Positions 1-15,015 of a DNA stretch of 64,000 bases are shown here, in pieces (positions within the stretch are counted from its first letter, which is position 1; the number at the start of each line of letters is the position of its first letter). The notes under the pieces were generated by a model, which was given only the letters and a program-made list of their open reading frames with translations, had not been told where the DNA came from and searched no databases. This DNA comes from the human T2T-CHM13v2.0 reference genome, Homo sapiens: the NCBI RefSeq assembly GCF_009914755.1, contig NC_060925.1. One strand, 5' to 3'. The position numbers and the translations under genes are program-made.

Positions 1-1222
<1,222 letters not shown>

Positions 1223-2177
1223 TTATCAATACAGTTGATGCCCCCTTGGGCATCTTTCCTTGATCACATACCCTTTCTCTCCCACTCCCCCAGCCCCCCA
1301 CCCCATTACCAGCACTGCCAAGGTATAAGCACTATCCTGAGGTTAGTGTTTAATCTTCCCATCTCTTTGCAATGAGCATTTGACTGCCTTCTCTGCCTAC
1401 GTCTGCTTCCACCTCTCACCCAGTATTGCTTCCCTTTAGTCTAAAGCTAGTGTGAGAATGAGAAAAGCGTTTATAGCAGAAAGAGAGAAAACCCATGGAA
1501 AAGTCTTCCCTACCCTCACAGATTAGCTCACATGAGTATCTGCTCTTCCATTTGCCCCCTTTCCATCTCTAATCACATAGCTTATTGACTAGGAATAAAA
1601 GGGCTGGTCATTTGAGCTACATGTTGGTTTGGTGCCTGAAGAAAAATATTTTTTTTTTTCTCACGTCCAAAACACCCATTCCTTCCCATGGAGGCTCCAT
1701 ATCCCAAATAAGAGTATAAACAAAGCTTTGGAAACGCAGGCAGGCCAAACTCTGTGCAGGAGGAAGTGGCCAGAGAGGGAAATCAGTTGCCAATGGATAA
1801 ACAGCCGGGGCCCAGGGACCAAAGTTCTTATTTACACAGCCTCCCAGTGTTTACCCAGGAAGTGAGGAAGAGACCCACCCGCTGCACACTCCCTCATGCA
1901 GCCATGCTTCTTCCTCAGAGCACCGGATCTTGGCACCCTCCAAGTTTAGTGCAGAACCAGAGCTGGTAACTCTTGTGGTTATTGTAGATCTTGAGCTTCA
2001 ACTGTGTCTTGAGATTTTACCAGCACAATCCAAACTGAGCTCTTCTGCTCTCACCCCAGGGCTGCTCCTTCCTCTACTTTTGGAAATCTTGATAACAGTG
2101 GGTACAGTAGAAGGCTGGGCAAGAGAATAAGTATGCAGCCCCACACCTCCTGCCTCTGACTTCCTGTAGCTCATTGA

Positions 2178-2486
<309 letters not shown>

Positions 2487-2679
2487 AGTAGTTACCTTTT
2501 CTGTAAGAGGAGATTTGGAGCTATAAAGTTCCTCTAGGTCTGTGAGTCTACAGCCTCCAGGTGTGCTTTCCTTCCTGTTTTCATTTCATTTGCCTTATTG
2601 TTTGCATATGTTTCCACATTATGTACTACTTGGTACTTTTACCCCATTAGGCCCGAAATAACTTTACTCCACTTGTCAC

Positions 2680-2897
2680 TGTGAATGTAGCAGTAAGACA
2701 CTGGGCTACGGGAGTCAAGACACCGGGACCCTGATTCTGGTTCTGCTACTGCCTGGTTTTATAACCTTGGGCAAATCACTTAACTTCTCGGTATCTGTTT
2801 GTTCCTCCGCACAGTGGGGTTGATATCTGGCTTGTCCAGCTCATAGAGTTGTTGTGAGGATCAAATGAGGTTGTATATGTGAAAGGACTTGGAAAAG
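2680..2897 (+). mobile_element. MIR
   Basis: MIR core: accttgggcaaatcacttaac...gttgttgtgaggatcaaatgag. Confidence 0.8.
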
Positions 2898-2938
2898 GGC
2901 CGGGATATATTTTCACAGGCTTTTAAGACAGACAGGCT

Positions 2939-3859
<921 letters not shown>

Positions 3860-3932
3860 TAGATTTTTGTTAATTTTCTGACCAGTGGGTGAGGTGGGAT
3901 ATCAGTTTTGCTTGTTATAGATAATGGGCTAA

Positions 3933-4894
3933 GACCAGGTGTGATGGCACATGCCTATTGGGAGGCCAAGGCAAGAAGACTGCATGAGGCCTAGGGAACA
4001 TAGTGAGGCTCTGTCTCTAAAAAAAAAAAAAAGAAAAAAAAATTAGCTGGGTATAGTGGCATGCACCTGTAGTCCAAAGTACTTGGGAGACTGAGGTGGA
4101 AGGATTGCTTGAGCCCAGGAGGTGAGGGTCAAAGCTGCTGCACATGAGCCATGTTTGTGCCACTGCACTCCAGCATGGGCAACAGAGCAAGCCCCTGGCT
4201 CTAAAAAATAAAAAAATAATAATGGGCTAAAGCTCAAAGATGTTAAACAACTTGATGCAGTCATACAGCCAGGAAGTAGAGCCTGGACTAGAACCCACAC
4301 CTCCTGAATTTAAATTCTGTGTTTTTTTCCATCAGCTCATAAATATGTAAACTAAAGGAAATTGTGGAAACTAACCTTTTGCTTATTTCTTTCAAGTCAA
4401 CGTTGGTGAGGACTGTCCAGTATTCGATGGCCTGTTTGAGTTCTGTCAGTTGTCTACTGGTGGTTCTGTGGGTAAGGAATATTCATCTTCTCCCCAGGGG
4501 TAGACTGGGTTGTTCTAGTGAGGTCTGCCTTTTAGGCTGCTATCCTAGTTGGCTGATCTGAAACCATGTAGAATGGTCCTGTGGTTTTTACTGAAGTCTC
4601 TAAAATGGCTGGTGTAGTGTCTCACACCTGTAATCCCAGCACTTTGAGAGGCTGAGGAGGAGGATTGCTTGAGGTCAGGAGTTCAAGACCAGCCCAGGCA
4701 ACATAGACCCTCCTGTCTATAAAAAAATAAAATAAGTAAAAACAATTAGCCGGGCATGGTGACTCGTGCCTGTAGTCCCAGCTACTCAGGAGGCTGAGGC
4801 TTAAACCCAGTAGGTTGAGGCTGCAGTGAGTCGTGGTCACACCACTACACTCTAGCCTGGGCAACAAAGCAAGACCCTGCCTCCAAAAAAAAAA
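3933..4894 (+). mobile_element. Two AluJ-like copies (3933-4216, 4607-4894) flanking HDAC1 exon 4
   Basis: Diverged Alu consensus. Confidence 0.85.
4397..4471 (+). CDS. HDAC1: Histone deacetylase 1, exon 4
   Basis: aag|...|gtaagg, 75 nt; encodes [24 protein letters not shown]. Confidence 0.97.
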
Positions 4895-5662
4895 TTTAAA
4901 AAGCCTCTAAAATGTCCCTCTGGTTCAGTCCCAGCCCAGGTTCAATCTCTGACATGGTACTGACAGGTGTCCTTGACTGTCCTTTCCTACTAAGAGATCT
5001 TATGTACAGGCGTTCCCCGCAGACCTCCTGGGGTTGTTAAGATGCTGTACGTAAAAGCAATTTGTGAACTGCAAAGTGCTATAAAAATGGAAGTGTCATC
5101 ATCTGTGAATCTGTCCTATGAAAAAGTATGGTAATTACCTTTAGAGGTCAGAAATACTCCTCATGTATCTCCCACTTCCATTTGCAACTTTTGGGTTATC
5201 TCCAGGATTACTCTAAACGCTTTCTTAACAAATATTTATTTTCCTGTGATCCCCCACCAATATAATCATTGTGTCCATCCCCGCTGCCCCACCAATATAA
5301 TCACAGAAAACAAAGAAGTGCACAGAAAAAAACACAATCACCCACAGTCACAGGGTTGGTGGATAACCTCTGTTACCATGTTGGTGTTTGTATGGCCATT
5401 CTTTTGTGTGTGTGTTTATATCTGTGTCACACATATACAACATCTATATTTTACAAAAGTGGGTTATATACATATCACATATATATGGTTTTATGCCTGC
5501 ATTTCCTACTTAACGAAATTGTCTGTAGTTTTCTACAGCTTGCTTTCTTGTGGCTCTATGATTATTCCATGTTGTGGATTTACTTGAGTTGATATAATCT
5601 GTCCCTCTTCTTGATAATTTGGATCAATCTATGCTTTTATTGCTGTTAAAATCAACACTGCA

Positions 5663-6382
<720 letters not shown>

Positions 6383-6856
6383 TATCTTTGGTATTTTTTC
6401 AAAGTTCCTTGACCATGAGCCATAGTAAGAAATAAATTTACACATGCAATCCAGGATACATATAACATATGCATGCATGCACACACTCACTCACTCTGAA
6501 GCCAGAGTTTTACAAAAGAGCAGTTACCCTTACTGTTACTCTGATATTTTTTTCTATGCTATTTCATTAAAAAAATATATATATATATACACACACACAC
6601 TAATCATGATGTACTAAATCAATTTTAAGGCCTGCTAATGGGTTACTACCCTCAGTTTGGAAAATCGTTTTTTACGAGTAGACAGTATCATGTATTCCCT
6701 GCTGAAGTAGGGTGGGAGGGAGGGGACTGGTCTATGAATTGCACAATACAGCTGTTGAATAGGCAGGTCTTAACCTTTCACTAGGTTCCCTGGGCTTCTT
6801 GGAGGAAGGGGAGAGTGGCTTAGTAACAGGCTTATGTTCTCTTTTCTCATGCCCAG

Positions 6857-6995
6857 CAAGTGCTGTGAAACTTAATAAGCAGCAGACGGACATCGCTGTG
6901 AATTGGGCTGGGGGCCTGCACCATGCAAAGAAGTCCGAGGCATCTGGCTTCTGTTACGTCAATGATATCGTCTTGGCCATCCTGGAACTGCTAAA
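6857..6995 (+). CDS. HDAC1: HDAC1 exon 5
   Basis: cag|...|gtatg, 139 nt; [22 protein letters not shown] catalytic His pair. Confidence 0.98.
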
Positions 6996-7453
6996 GTATG
7001 CCTGCCTGGCCTTGTCTCTTGGAAGAGCACCTTAGGCCAGGTTCCCATTTCCCTCTTCCCCTGGGCTTGCCTCCCTAGTTTGCTTTTCCTACCGATGTGC
7101 TGGCTAGGATGTGCTCGGTGAGTGTCTCTGGCCATCATCTCCTTGATGGGGTCTTGGTTTGATCTGAGCCACGGCATGATCAGGGGCAGATGCTGCTCAG
7201 ATCCTGCCTCCAGAGTGTCCCTGTGTGGCTGGAGTTGACCCTGGCTGTAGAGTAGGAAGATCGGACTTGGTCGGCTTGGTCAGGCCTCTGGAGACACCCG
7301 GCCGCTCTTCCACCTTCCTTCAGCCAGTTTCCACGTCTCTGGTGCTTAGAGATACCTGAGGGAGGCAGCCAGCCCGGTAAGCTGGGAGCTAGCGCCCTTG
7401 GCACGTCCCATCCCCAAAGAGCCCCCAGACCCCTGACCCCCTTCTGATCCTAG

Positions 7454-7595
7454 GTATCACCAGAGGGTGCTGTACATTGACATTGATATTCACCATGGTG
7501 ACGGCGTGGAAGAGGCCTTCTACACCACGGACCGGGTCATGACTGTGTCCTTTCATAAGTATGGAGAGTACTTCCCAGGAACTGGGGACCTACGG
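7454..7595 (+). CDS. HDAC1: HDAC1 exon 6
   Basis: tag|...|gtgag, 142 nt; [16 protein letters not shown] zinc-binding motif. Confidence 0.98.
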
Positions 7596-8233
7596 GTGAG
7601 AACGCCCTTTAGGAGCCAACCGGCTTACCCTCAGCTGGCAGCTCTACTTCTCTCTCCTATCTCATGCCACTAAAAATTGCTTCTTGCCTCTTCTGCCAAT
7701 CAGAATACCACATCCCAATCTGAAGCACTTGCCCTGATCTCTTTCCCTTCCTTATTCTGGAGGAAGGGAATGATGGGACATAAAGGGCCAGAGAAAGAAG
7801 AGGGGTCTCCTGACTCACTGTACTTTCCTCCTGGCCACAGCTGGGTTGCATCACACTATTCTTATGTCTCATAAGCCTTGAGTTTGGGGGTAGGAATTGG
7901 GACTCTGAAGGACATCTCAAGTGTTCTTCATGTTTTTGGGTCACTTTCCCCTTTAGCCTTTTGACTGAAAACTATGGACTGTCTCTCCAGAAAAGTACAT
8001 GAGATTTTACATCTGATATAGAATAGTTAATAGACAAGTCCCCTTACTGAAGCCCATCCATGAACCTTAGGATAAGAATCCTTGGAAGCTACTTCGTTGA
8101 ACTGTTCCATCTGCTTCTATTAGCATGAATGTGGTGAAATCAGCTGCTTTGCCATGCCTGGTAGCCCTTGGGTAAAAAAGTGGCACTAATTCAGTTGTTT
8201 GCCATGGCAAGCGTTAGAATAAATGAGCATTCA

Positions 8234-8508
8234 CTTTTTTTTTTTTTTTGAGACAGTCTCTCTCTGTCACCCAGCCTGGAGTGCAGTGGCGTGATCTCGG
8301 TTCACTGCAGCCTCCGCCTCCCGCCTCCAGGCGATCTTGTGCCTCAGCCTCCGAATAGCCGGGATTTAGCTGGGATTATAAGTGCGTGCAACTATGCCCG
8401 GCTAATTTTTGTATTTTTAAAAGAGATGGGGTTTTGCCATGTTGGCCAGGCTGGTCTCGAACTCCTGACCTCAAGATTCACCCGCCTCAGCCTCCCAAAG
8501 TGCTGGAC
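8234..8508 (-). mobile_element. Alu
   Basis: Antisense Alu consensus. Confidence 0.9.
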
Positions 8509-8985
8509 TTAAATAGGCGCACTCACTATTTTGAGGTTACTGGGAAGGACTTTCTTACCTCTCTCCTTCCCTCCACAACACCCTAGAGAGGGAGCATGGG
8601 GGAAGAGGAGTGAGCATTAGAGCTCTCTGGAGTGGAAAGGGTTGTCAAGGGTGGCTGTCACTTCTGTGACTCACCTGCCAGCCAGCTCTAACCCAATCCC
8701 AAGGTAGAAATCTTGTGCTATAGGGTAGGCTATTCAATCTCTGGTCCCATCAAGAGCTCTCAGTCTGGGGGTAGGCTTAATGCTATGTCCAGAGATGATT
8801 TGCCAGTGAAGCTAGATTTGCCAGTGAAGAGAATGGTACTAACAAGGTACCTCTGTTCTGTCCTGGCCCACATCATGGGCCTAGCTTGTCTCTCTTGAAC
8901 CTCTTCCTTTATCCCTCCAGCCCCTATCCTTGACCTTCCTTCAAGCTTCATCCTTCAGTTTTACTTTAATGGCCTTTTTAATTAG

Positions 8986-9078
8986 GATATCGGGGCTGGC
9001 AAAGGCAAGTATTATGCTGTTAACTACCCGCTCCGAGACGGGATTGATGACGAGTCCTATGAGGCCATTTTCAAGCCG
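8986..9078 (+). CDS. HDAC1: HDAC1 exon 7
   Basis: tag|...|gtaag, 93 nt; [31 protein letters not shown]. Confidence 0.98.
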
Positions 9079-9374
9079 GTAAGTGGCTTTATCCACCCCT
9101 TGGGCTACAAACAGGGGATTGGTTGGCGGTGGAGGGGAGCAAAGCACCCCCACCATACCTCAGGAATCTCTCCTTACTAAAGCTGGTGGGGAGATAGAAG
9201 TGTTTGAACCCTGGATTGCTGTGTGGTCAGTTAGGGGAACAAACACCCATATTTATTGGTTCCTTCTATGGGTCAGGTCTTCTGCTGGATACAAAAATAT
9301 CTAAGACATGATCTTTGCCCTCACGGACTATGGTGGGGAAGGCAGGCACATACCCAGTAGTCTATGATTAGTAC

Positions 9375-9615
9375 TGTTTTTGTATCTCCATTTCTTTGGG
9401 CTGCTGGGAGATTATTGTGTTCTTTTGGTAGTGGTATGTCTCCTTGGTTTTTTGTGTTCCTCATTGCCTTACATTGATGTCTGCACATTAGAAGAAGTAG
9501 GGACTTACTCCAGTCTTTGCAGACTGGCTTTGTCTGGGAAAGCCCTTTGCCAGTCAGCCCATCCAGAGATTCTGGAAAGGCTGTGTGGCATGTTCCATGG
9601 GTAGGCTGGCCTAGT
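9375..9615 (-). mobile_element. Old L1 (L1M-type) 5'/ORF1-region fragment
   Basis: Resembles antisense L1M (ttgatgtctgcacatt...gactggctt). Confidence 0.55.
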
Positions 9616-10495
9616 GCCTGTGTTTTTGAGGGATGATCAGAGGAATGAGAGACAAACTACTGCCTGGGCTGGCAGGAGGGTAGCCAGGGATGATTTCACA
9701 GAGGTGCTGATGTTTAAGCTGGACTTTGGAAAATGAGGAGGTGCCCATGTGAAGAAGGAGGTGATGGCAGTAAGGGTGGCATTTAGTAGAAGGAATGGCA
9801 CTAGCAGAAGTGCAGAGGTGCCAGTGTGGCAGCATGTAGGCCAGTGTGGTGTATGGGAGGAGTGCTGAAGGAGGCGGTGGGAAGTGTATGCTGGGCTCAG
9901 TATTTCAAAGGGAGCCTTGAATGCCATGCCAAGGAGTTAAATCTTCACCTATAAACAGTAAGAAACTGCTTAACCTAATAAGGTCAGGTAGTCATTCAGC
10001 AAACACTGACTGCCCACTATGTGCCTAGTATTTAATAAGGGCTACAGAAGTGGGAGTTGTGGTCTCGGTCTCAGTAACGTTAGACTCTGCTTGTGAGAAT
10101 AAGATAAACTAAAAGTGCTTGCTCATAATGTAAGGCTTCAAGTCTGTAAGACCGAATGAGTAGAGTAGATGCAGCTAAAGGTCAGGAAGGCTTCCTGGAG
10201 GAAGTGGCACTAGAGCTTGGGCAACAGAAGAGACTTAGGGAGTTGAGAGGGAGGCCATTCTAGGTTCAGTGTTACTAGAGTGTTAGAAGGGTCTTAGAGA
10301 ACTTTTTAAATTGGAAAATTGAAATCCCAAGTGGGCAAGCAAGGGCTCCAGCCTAGCACTCCCTTTTCTCTCCCACATAGCATGAGGGAGAGTGGAAAGG
10401 TAGGAGTGGGTGGGAAAGTGTTGCACCCAGCCTTTCCACTCCAAACCTCGTATTGCTTTCTTGAGGTTGGTGGTGACCAGGATGTATCATTTTAG

Positions 10496-10604
10496 GTCAT
10501 GTCCAAAGTAATGGAGATGTTCCAGCCTAGTGCGGTGGTCTTACAGTGTGGCTCAGACTCCCTATCTGGGGATCGGTTAGGTTGCTTCAATCTAACTATC
10601 AAAG
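10496..10604 (+). CDS. HDAC1: HDAC1 exon 8
   Basis: tag|...|gtgag, 109 nt; [19 protein letters not shown]. Confidence 0.98.
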
Positions 10605-10685
10605 GTGAGACCAGGTAGCACAAGGATGGGTGGGCGGGGTCCTGCTTGGTGCTCCTGTAACTCAGCACCCCTTCTCCCACCAAAG

Positions 10686-10826
10686 GACACGCCAAGTGTG
10701 TGGAATTTGTCAAGAGCTTTAACCTGCCTATGCTGATGCTGGGAGGCGGTGGTTACACCATTCGTAACGTTGCCCGGTGCTGGACATATGAGACAGCTGT
10801 GGCCCTGGATACGGAGATCCCTAATG
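10686..10826 (+). CDS. HDAC1: HDAC1 exon 9
   Basis: aag|...|gtaat, 141 nt; [15 protein letters not shown] catalytic Tyr. Confidence 0.98.
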
Positions 10827-11391
10827 GTAATAGCTGCAGGGCCAGGTTCGGCTGGGCTGGGTGGGAGCTGGAGCTCATCTGTCCTTAAGTTTATAACCCC
10901 TTCCCCGTTGGTCATATGACCGCTCCTCTTCTGATACTAGTCACTGAGTCTCCTGCCTGTCCTCTTGTGATCAGCAGACCATAACCATCACTTTTTCCCT
11001 AGTCCTTTTTAGCTCTCTCCCCTCTCCCTCCTGCTTTTGGTCTGGACAAAGTTCTCATTGGTAATTTACAGCTTTGGAATTTCTACTCTGTAGAGTAACT
11101 GGAGTAGCGAGTGAAGGGAGCGCTCATAATGAGCATGGCCTCAAGTGTCCTAAACCAGGGACATGGGCCTTCTCCTAGCGACATATACACCACTGGTACA
11201 GACATAGGAGAGTGATGTTAAAAAGATGGAAATCCCATAGGTACCCGTGTCTCACAGTGTCTTGGAGGCATTCTCCTCTGTTTGGATAAATAGGCCCAGA
11301 GAAACCTACAAATGCTTTAGGGTGCTTACGTGCAAATGGTTAGGGTGCGGTGGCCAGGTCTCTTGACGGTCTTCTCTCCTGCCCCAATCAG

Positions 11392-11500
11392 AGCTTCCAT
11401 ACAATGACTACTTTGAATACTTTGGACCAGATTTCAAGCTCCACATCAGTCCTTCCAATATGACTAACCAGAACACGAATGAGTACCTGGAGAAGATCAA
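11392..11500 (+). CDS. HDAC1: HDAC1 exon 10
   Basis: cag|...|gtgagt, 109 nt; [23 protein letters not shown]. Confidence 0.98.
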
Positions 11501-11593
11501 GTGAGTATATCCTCCAGCCACCCCTTGGTTGAACATTCCTGACTTTGGTTTGTCCCTGACCAGAGCCCTGCTACTCTCTCCCATTGGCCACAG

Positions 11594-11724
11594 ACAGCGA
11601 CTGTTTGAGAACCTTAGAATGCTGCCGCACGCACCTGGGGTCCAAATGCAGGCGATTCCTGAGGACGCCATCCCTGAGGAGAGTGGCGATGAGGACGAAG
11701 ACGACCCTGACAAGCGCATCTCGA
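11594..11724 (+). CDS. HDAC1: HDAC1 exon 11
   Basis: cag|...|gtgaga, 131 nt; [24 protein letters not shown]. Confidence 0.98.
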
Positions 11725-12007
11725 GTGAGACCCAGACCTAGAGCCCTATGCCTTCCATTCAATAGGCAGCTCACACTTCCACCACCATTCCTGGCTGCAC
11801 ACTCCCTCCAAGCTCCCCACCTGTAGAGAAATCTGTTTTCGAGTTCCAGTGCCTGTAGGAACAGGTTAGGGAGCCCGAGTTCCTCCCTCTTCTGGTTCCC
11901 TTTCCCTTGGTGTCTCTTGGAGGACACGCAGGGAAGCACTGGGCATAGATGCTGAGCTAAATCAGCACCCGCCTGCCCTCTCACCCATGCTTCCCACTCC
12001 CTCCCAG

Positions 12008-12160
12008 TCTGCTCCTCTGACAAACGAATTGCCTGTGAGGAAGAGTTCTCCGATTCTGAAGAGGAGGGAGAGGGGGGCCGCAAGAACTCTTCCAACTTCA
12101 AAAAAGCCAAGAGAGTCAAAACAGAGGATGAAAAAGAGAAAGACCCAGAGGAGAAGAAAG
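12008..12160 (+). CDS. HDAC1: HDAC1 exon 12
   Basis: cag|...|gtggg, 153 nt; [13 protein letters not shown] and KKAKRVK. Confidence 0.98.
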
Positions 12161-12618
12161 GTGGGTTTGGGTTCAGCTGGGACTTGGGTCTCGAGCCTGA
12201 GAGGATGAATCTATGTAGGGCAGTGGGAGGAGGGAGTGACTCAGGCCCTGCCAGCTCCTGTGGGGCTCTTCCTCAGTTCCTTGAGCCTTTCAGTGGCTCC
12301 CAGAAGTGGCAGAGCCCACAAAACAATGAACCTCTACTGCCTGAGCACGGCTCTCACATACCACCCCAGCCCTTTTCCCAGCACTGCACCCCAGTTTCCC
12401 AGGGGGCTGCCTCCGCCCACCAGGTTCTGGCTGTAGCAGGCTGGGAAACCAGTCCAACCTGTTCTCAACAGGGCTCACTGGGAGGACCAGGGATGGGCTT
12501 TTCTCTCTTTATGTCCAGTGAGCTGTAGTGTTGGGGAAGGGGTCTCAGGGTAAATGAAGACCTCATGGGTCTTCCCAGAGGTGCTGCCCTTGGCCATCCC
12601 TGTACTCTTGTGTTCTAG

Positions 12619-12667
12619 AAGTCACCGAAGAGGAGAAAACCAAGGAGGAGAAGCCAGAAGCCAAAGG
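12619..12667 (+). CDS. HDAC1: HDAC1 exon 13
   Basis: tag|...|gtgagg, 49 nt; EVTEEEKTKEEKPEAK. Confidence 0.96.
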
Positions 12668-12934
12668 GTGAGGAAGGAGCTGCCTGTGGCCATCTCCCTG
12701 GCATTGGAGCACCAGCCCCTTTGTCCCACCACTCTGAGGAAAGGCACAGGGACAGCTGGTCCAGCTTACAAAGGCCTCTTTCAGGGACCAGTCTGTCCAG
12801 CTCTGCAGTTCTAGGCAGAGCTAGGAGCCCCAGCCCCCAGTAGTCACCTAGGATCCTGTGGAAGTCACTGTCTGCACTTTTGCCCTGAGGCTCTGGGCTG
12901 GGTCATCTCATGCCAGTCTCTGCTCTCTCCACAG

Positions 12935-12962
12935 GGTCAAGGAGGAGGTCAAGTTGGCCTGA
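12935..12962 (+). CDS. HDAC1: HDAC1 last coding exon (VKEEVKLA-stop)
   Basis: cag| acceptor, TGA at 12960-12962; exon lengths are consistent with the 482-aa protein. Confidence 0.97.
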
Positions 12963-13420
12963 ATGGACCTCTCCAGCTCTGGCTTCCTGCTGAGTCCCTC
13001 ACGTTTCTTCCCCAACCCCTCAGATTTTATATTTTCTATTTCTCTGTGTATTTATATAAAAATTTATTAAATATAAATATCCCCAGGGACAGAAACCAAG
13101 GCCCCGAGCTCAGGGCAGCTGTGCTGGGTGAGCTCTTCCAGGAGCCACCTTGCCACCCATTCTTCCCGTTCTTAACTTTGAACCATAAAGGGTGCCAGGT
13201 CTGGGTGAAAGGGATACTTTTATGCAACCATAAGACAAACTCCTGAAATGCCAAGTGCCTGCTTAGTAGCTTTGGAAAGGTGCCCTTATTGAACATTCTA
13301 GAAGGGGTGGCTGGGTCTTCAAGGATCTCCTGTTTTTTTCAGGCTCCTAAAGTAACATCAGCCATTTTTAGATTGGTTCTGTTTTCGTACCTTCCCACTG
13401 GCCTCAAGTGAGCCAAGAAA

Positions 13421-13427
13421 CACTGCC
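13421..13427 (+). promoter_or_regulatory. miR-34/449 seed match in HDAC1 3'UTR
   Basis: CACTGCC is the complement of the GGCAGUG seed. Confidence 0.6.
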
Positions 13428-13522
13428 TGCCCTCTGTCTGTCTTCTCCTAATTCTGCAGGTGGAGGTTGCTAGTCTAGTTTCCTTTTTGAGATACTATTT
13501 TCATTTTTGTGAGCCTCTTTGT

Positions 13523-13528
13523 AATAAA
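13523..13528 (+). terminator. HDAC1: HDAC1 poly(A) signal
   Basis: AATAAA about 560 nt after the stop; U/GU-rich sequence downstream. Confidence 0.9.
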
Positions 13529-13769
13529 ATGGTACATTTCTATATCCTCCTGAGCTTGTTTCCTATGTGTCCCTGGGTTGGTTTCAACTCTACTTCCCTG
13601 CCGTTCTGGTGTCCATGAGTATTGGGGCAACCCCCTGAACAAGAAAACCCCATAAACTTACCTGCCTGCCTTAACTCCTCCCTTGAGGTTTGAGGTAAAC
13701 TACTTTCCACCAATCTTCTCACCCTACCCCCAGAAGACCACTCATTAAAGCACCACTAAAGGGACGACA

Positions 13770-13775
13770 TTTATT
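13770..13775 (-). terminator. MARCKSL1: MARCKSL1 poly(A) signal
   Basis: TTTATT on + (AATAAA on -), about 740 nt past the stop. Confidence 0.88.
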
Positions 13776-14514
13776 CCTTTTCCAAATGTTACAGTAAAAC
13801 CAGGTGGAAGAGAATGGTTTTAGCAGTTAGAAAAAAAAAAAAAGTACAAATCTGGGGTTTGGCCATTAAAAGTTATTTACAACAGTGGGAGAAAAAAAGA
13901 CAAGAAGTTGTTTCACATTACAGACCTCCCCCCACCCCAAAGCCTAATACTTGCTTACCAAGTCAAAAAAGAGACACAGTTGATTCACAGGCTGGAGGTT
14001 TGAACTTGAGTAAGACATTTATAAAAACCTAGACGGGGCAGTGTCCTCCCCAGCCCAGGTGCCACTAGGCACAGCACAAGAGACTAAAAACAACAGGGGA
14101 AGGCTGGACACTCAAGGTTTGGGAGTATAAGCACCCCACTTCTGGCTCAGGGATTTGGGGAGTAGGGTAAACAAAACCTACTTGGAAAAGAATTGGGGAA
14201 GAAAACCAACAACTGCCTTATGCAGGGGTGGGGACAGGGAAGGAGGTAGGGCCAGGGACAGGAGCATTTCACATCACTAACCTAACTTGGGAAGCTGTAA
14301 GGGACCATCTTCAACTGGCCTTAAGAGGAGAACCAGATGGCTGATGGGAGAATCCACAGGAGGGAGAGGAGGAAAGGGAACGTGGCTGGGAGGAGGCAAT
14401 AGCCCCTTCCTTTCTGGGCACAGGAAGGCAGCCAGGGCACCAGGTCCAGGCAGTGACCTCACAAGGACAGCACAGTTTTTGCAGCTTAGAGATCACCCAC
14501 CTGCCCCTACCTAG

Positions 14515-15015
14515 CTACTCATTCTGCTCAGCGCTGGCTGGTGTAGGGCCACTCTCCGGCCCCGAGGGAGTGGATGGCTCTGTAGCCTGGGGCCCTGCCT
14601 CTTCTTCTGAGGCTGCACTAGCCTCTGCCCCCTTGGCCTGGGGTTCCTGGCTCTCAGGGGTGGCTGCGGCCTTCCCTTCCTGAGCAGTGCCCTCGTCGCT
14701 GCAGGCACCGATCTCCCCCTGCTCCTGCTCTTCCTCTGTGGGTGAGGAGGCAGAAGAATCACCCCCACCCTCCTTCCGATTTCTCTTGAAGGACAGGCCG
14801 CTCAATTTGAAAGGCTTCTTGAAAGAGAATTTCTTCTTCTTCTTGGGGGTCTCCTTGGGGGGGACCTCCCCCTTGGCCTCAGCACCCTGGCTAGGGGGTG
14901 CTGGCTCGATGGCATCGCCAGTGGCCCCGGCTGCCTCATCTGTTCCGTTCACAGGGGGCGACTCCCCTTCACCCTTGGGGGATAAGTCTCCATTGCTTTT
15001 CACGTGGCCATTCTC
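14515..15015 (-). CDS. MARCKSL1: MARCKS-like protein 1, exon 2
   Basis: cag|GAGAATGGC; effector domain KKKKKFSFKKPFKLSGLSFKRNRK; TAG stop; 87+501 nt gives 195 aa. Confidence 0.98.
   Translation of the reverse strand, partial: ENGHVKSNGDLSPKGEGESPPVNGTDEAAGATGDAIEPAPPSQGAEAKGEVPPKETPKKKKKFSFKKPFKLSGLSFKRNRKEGGGDSSASSPTEEEQEQGEIGACSDEGTAQEGKAAATPESQEPQAKGAEASAASEEEAGPQATEPSTPSGPESGPTPASAEQNE

Noticed and set aside
10605-10685. 81-nt frame-preserving HDAC1 intron as an in-frame insert
   Set aside because: Retention meets an in-frame TAG within five codons
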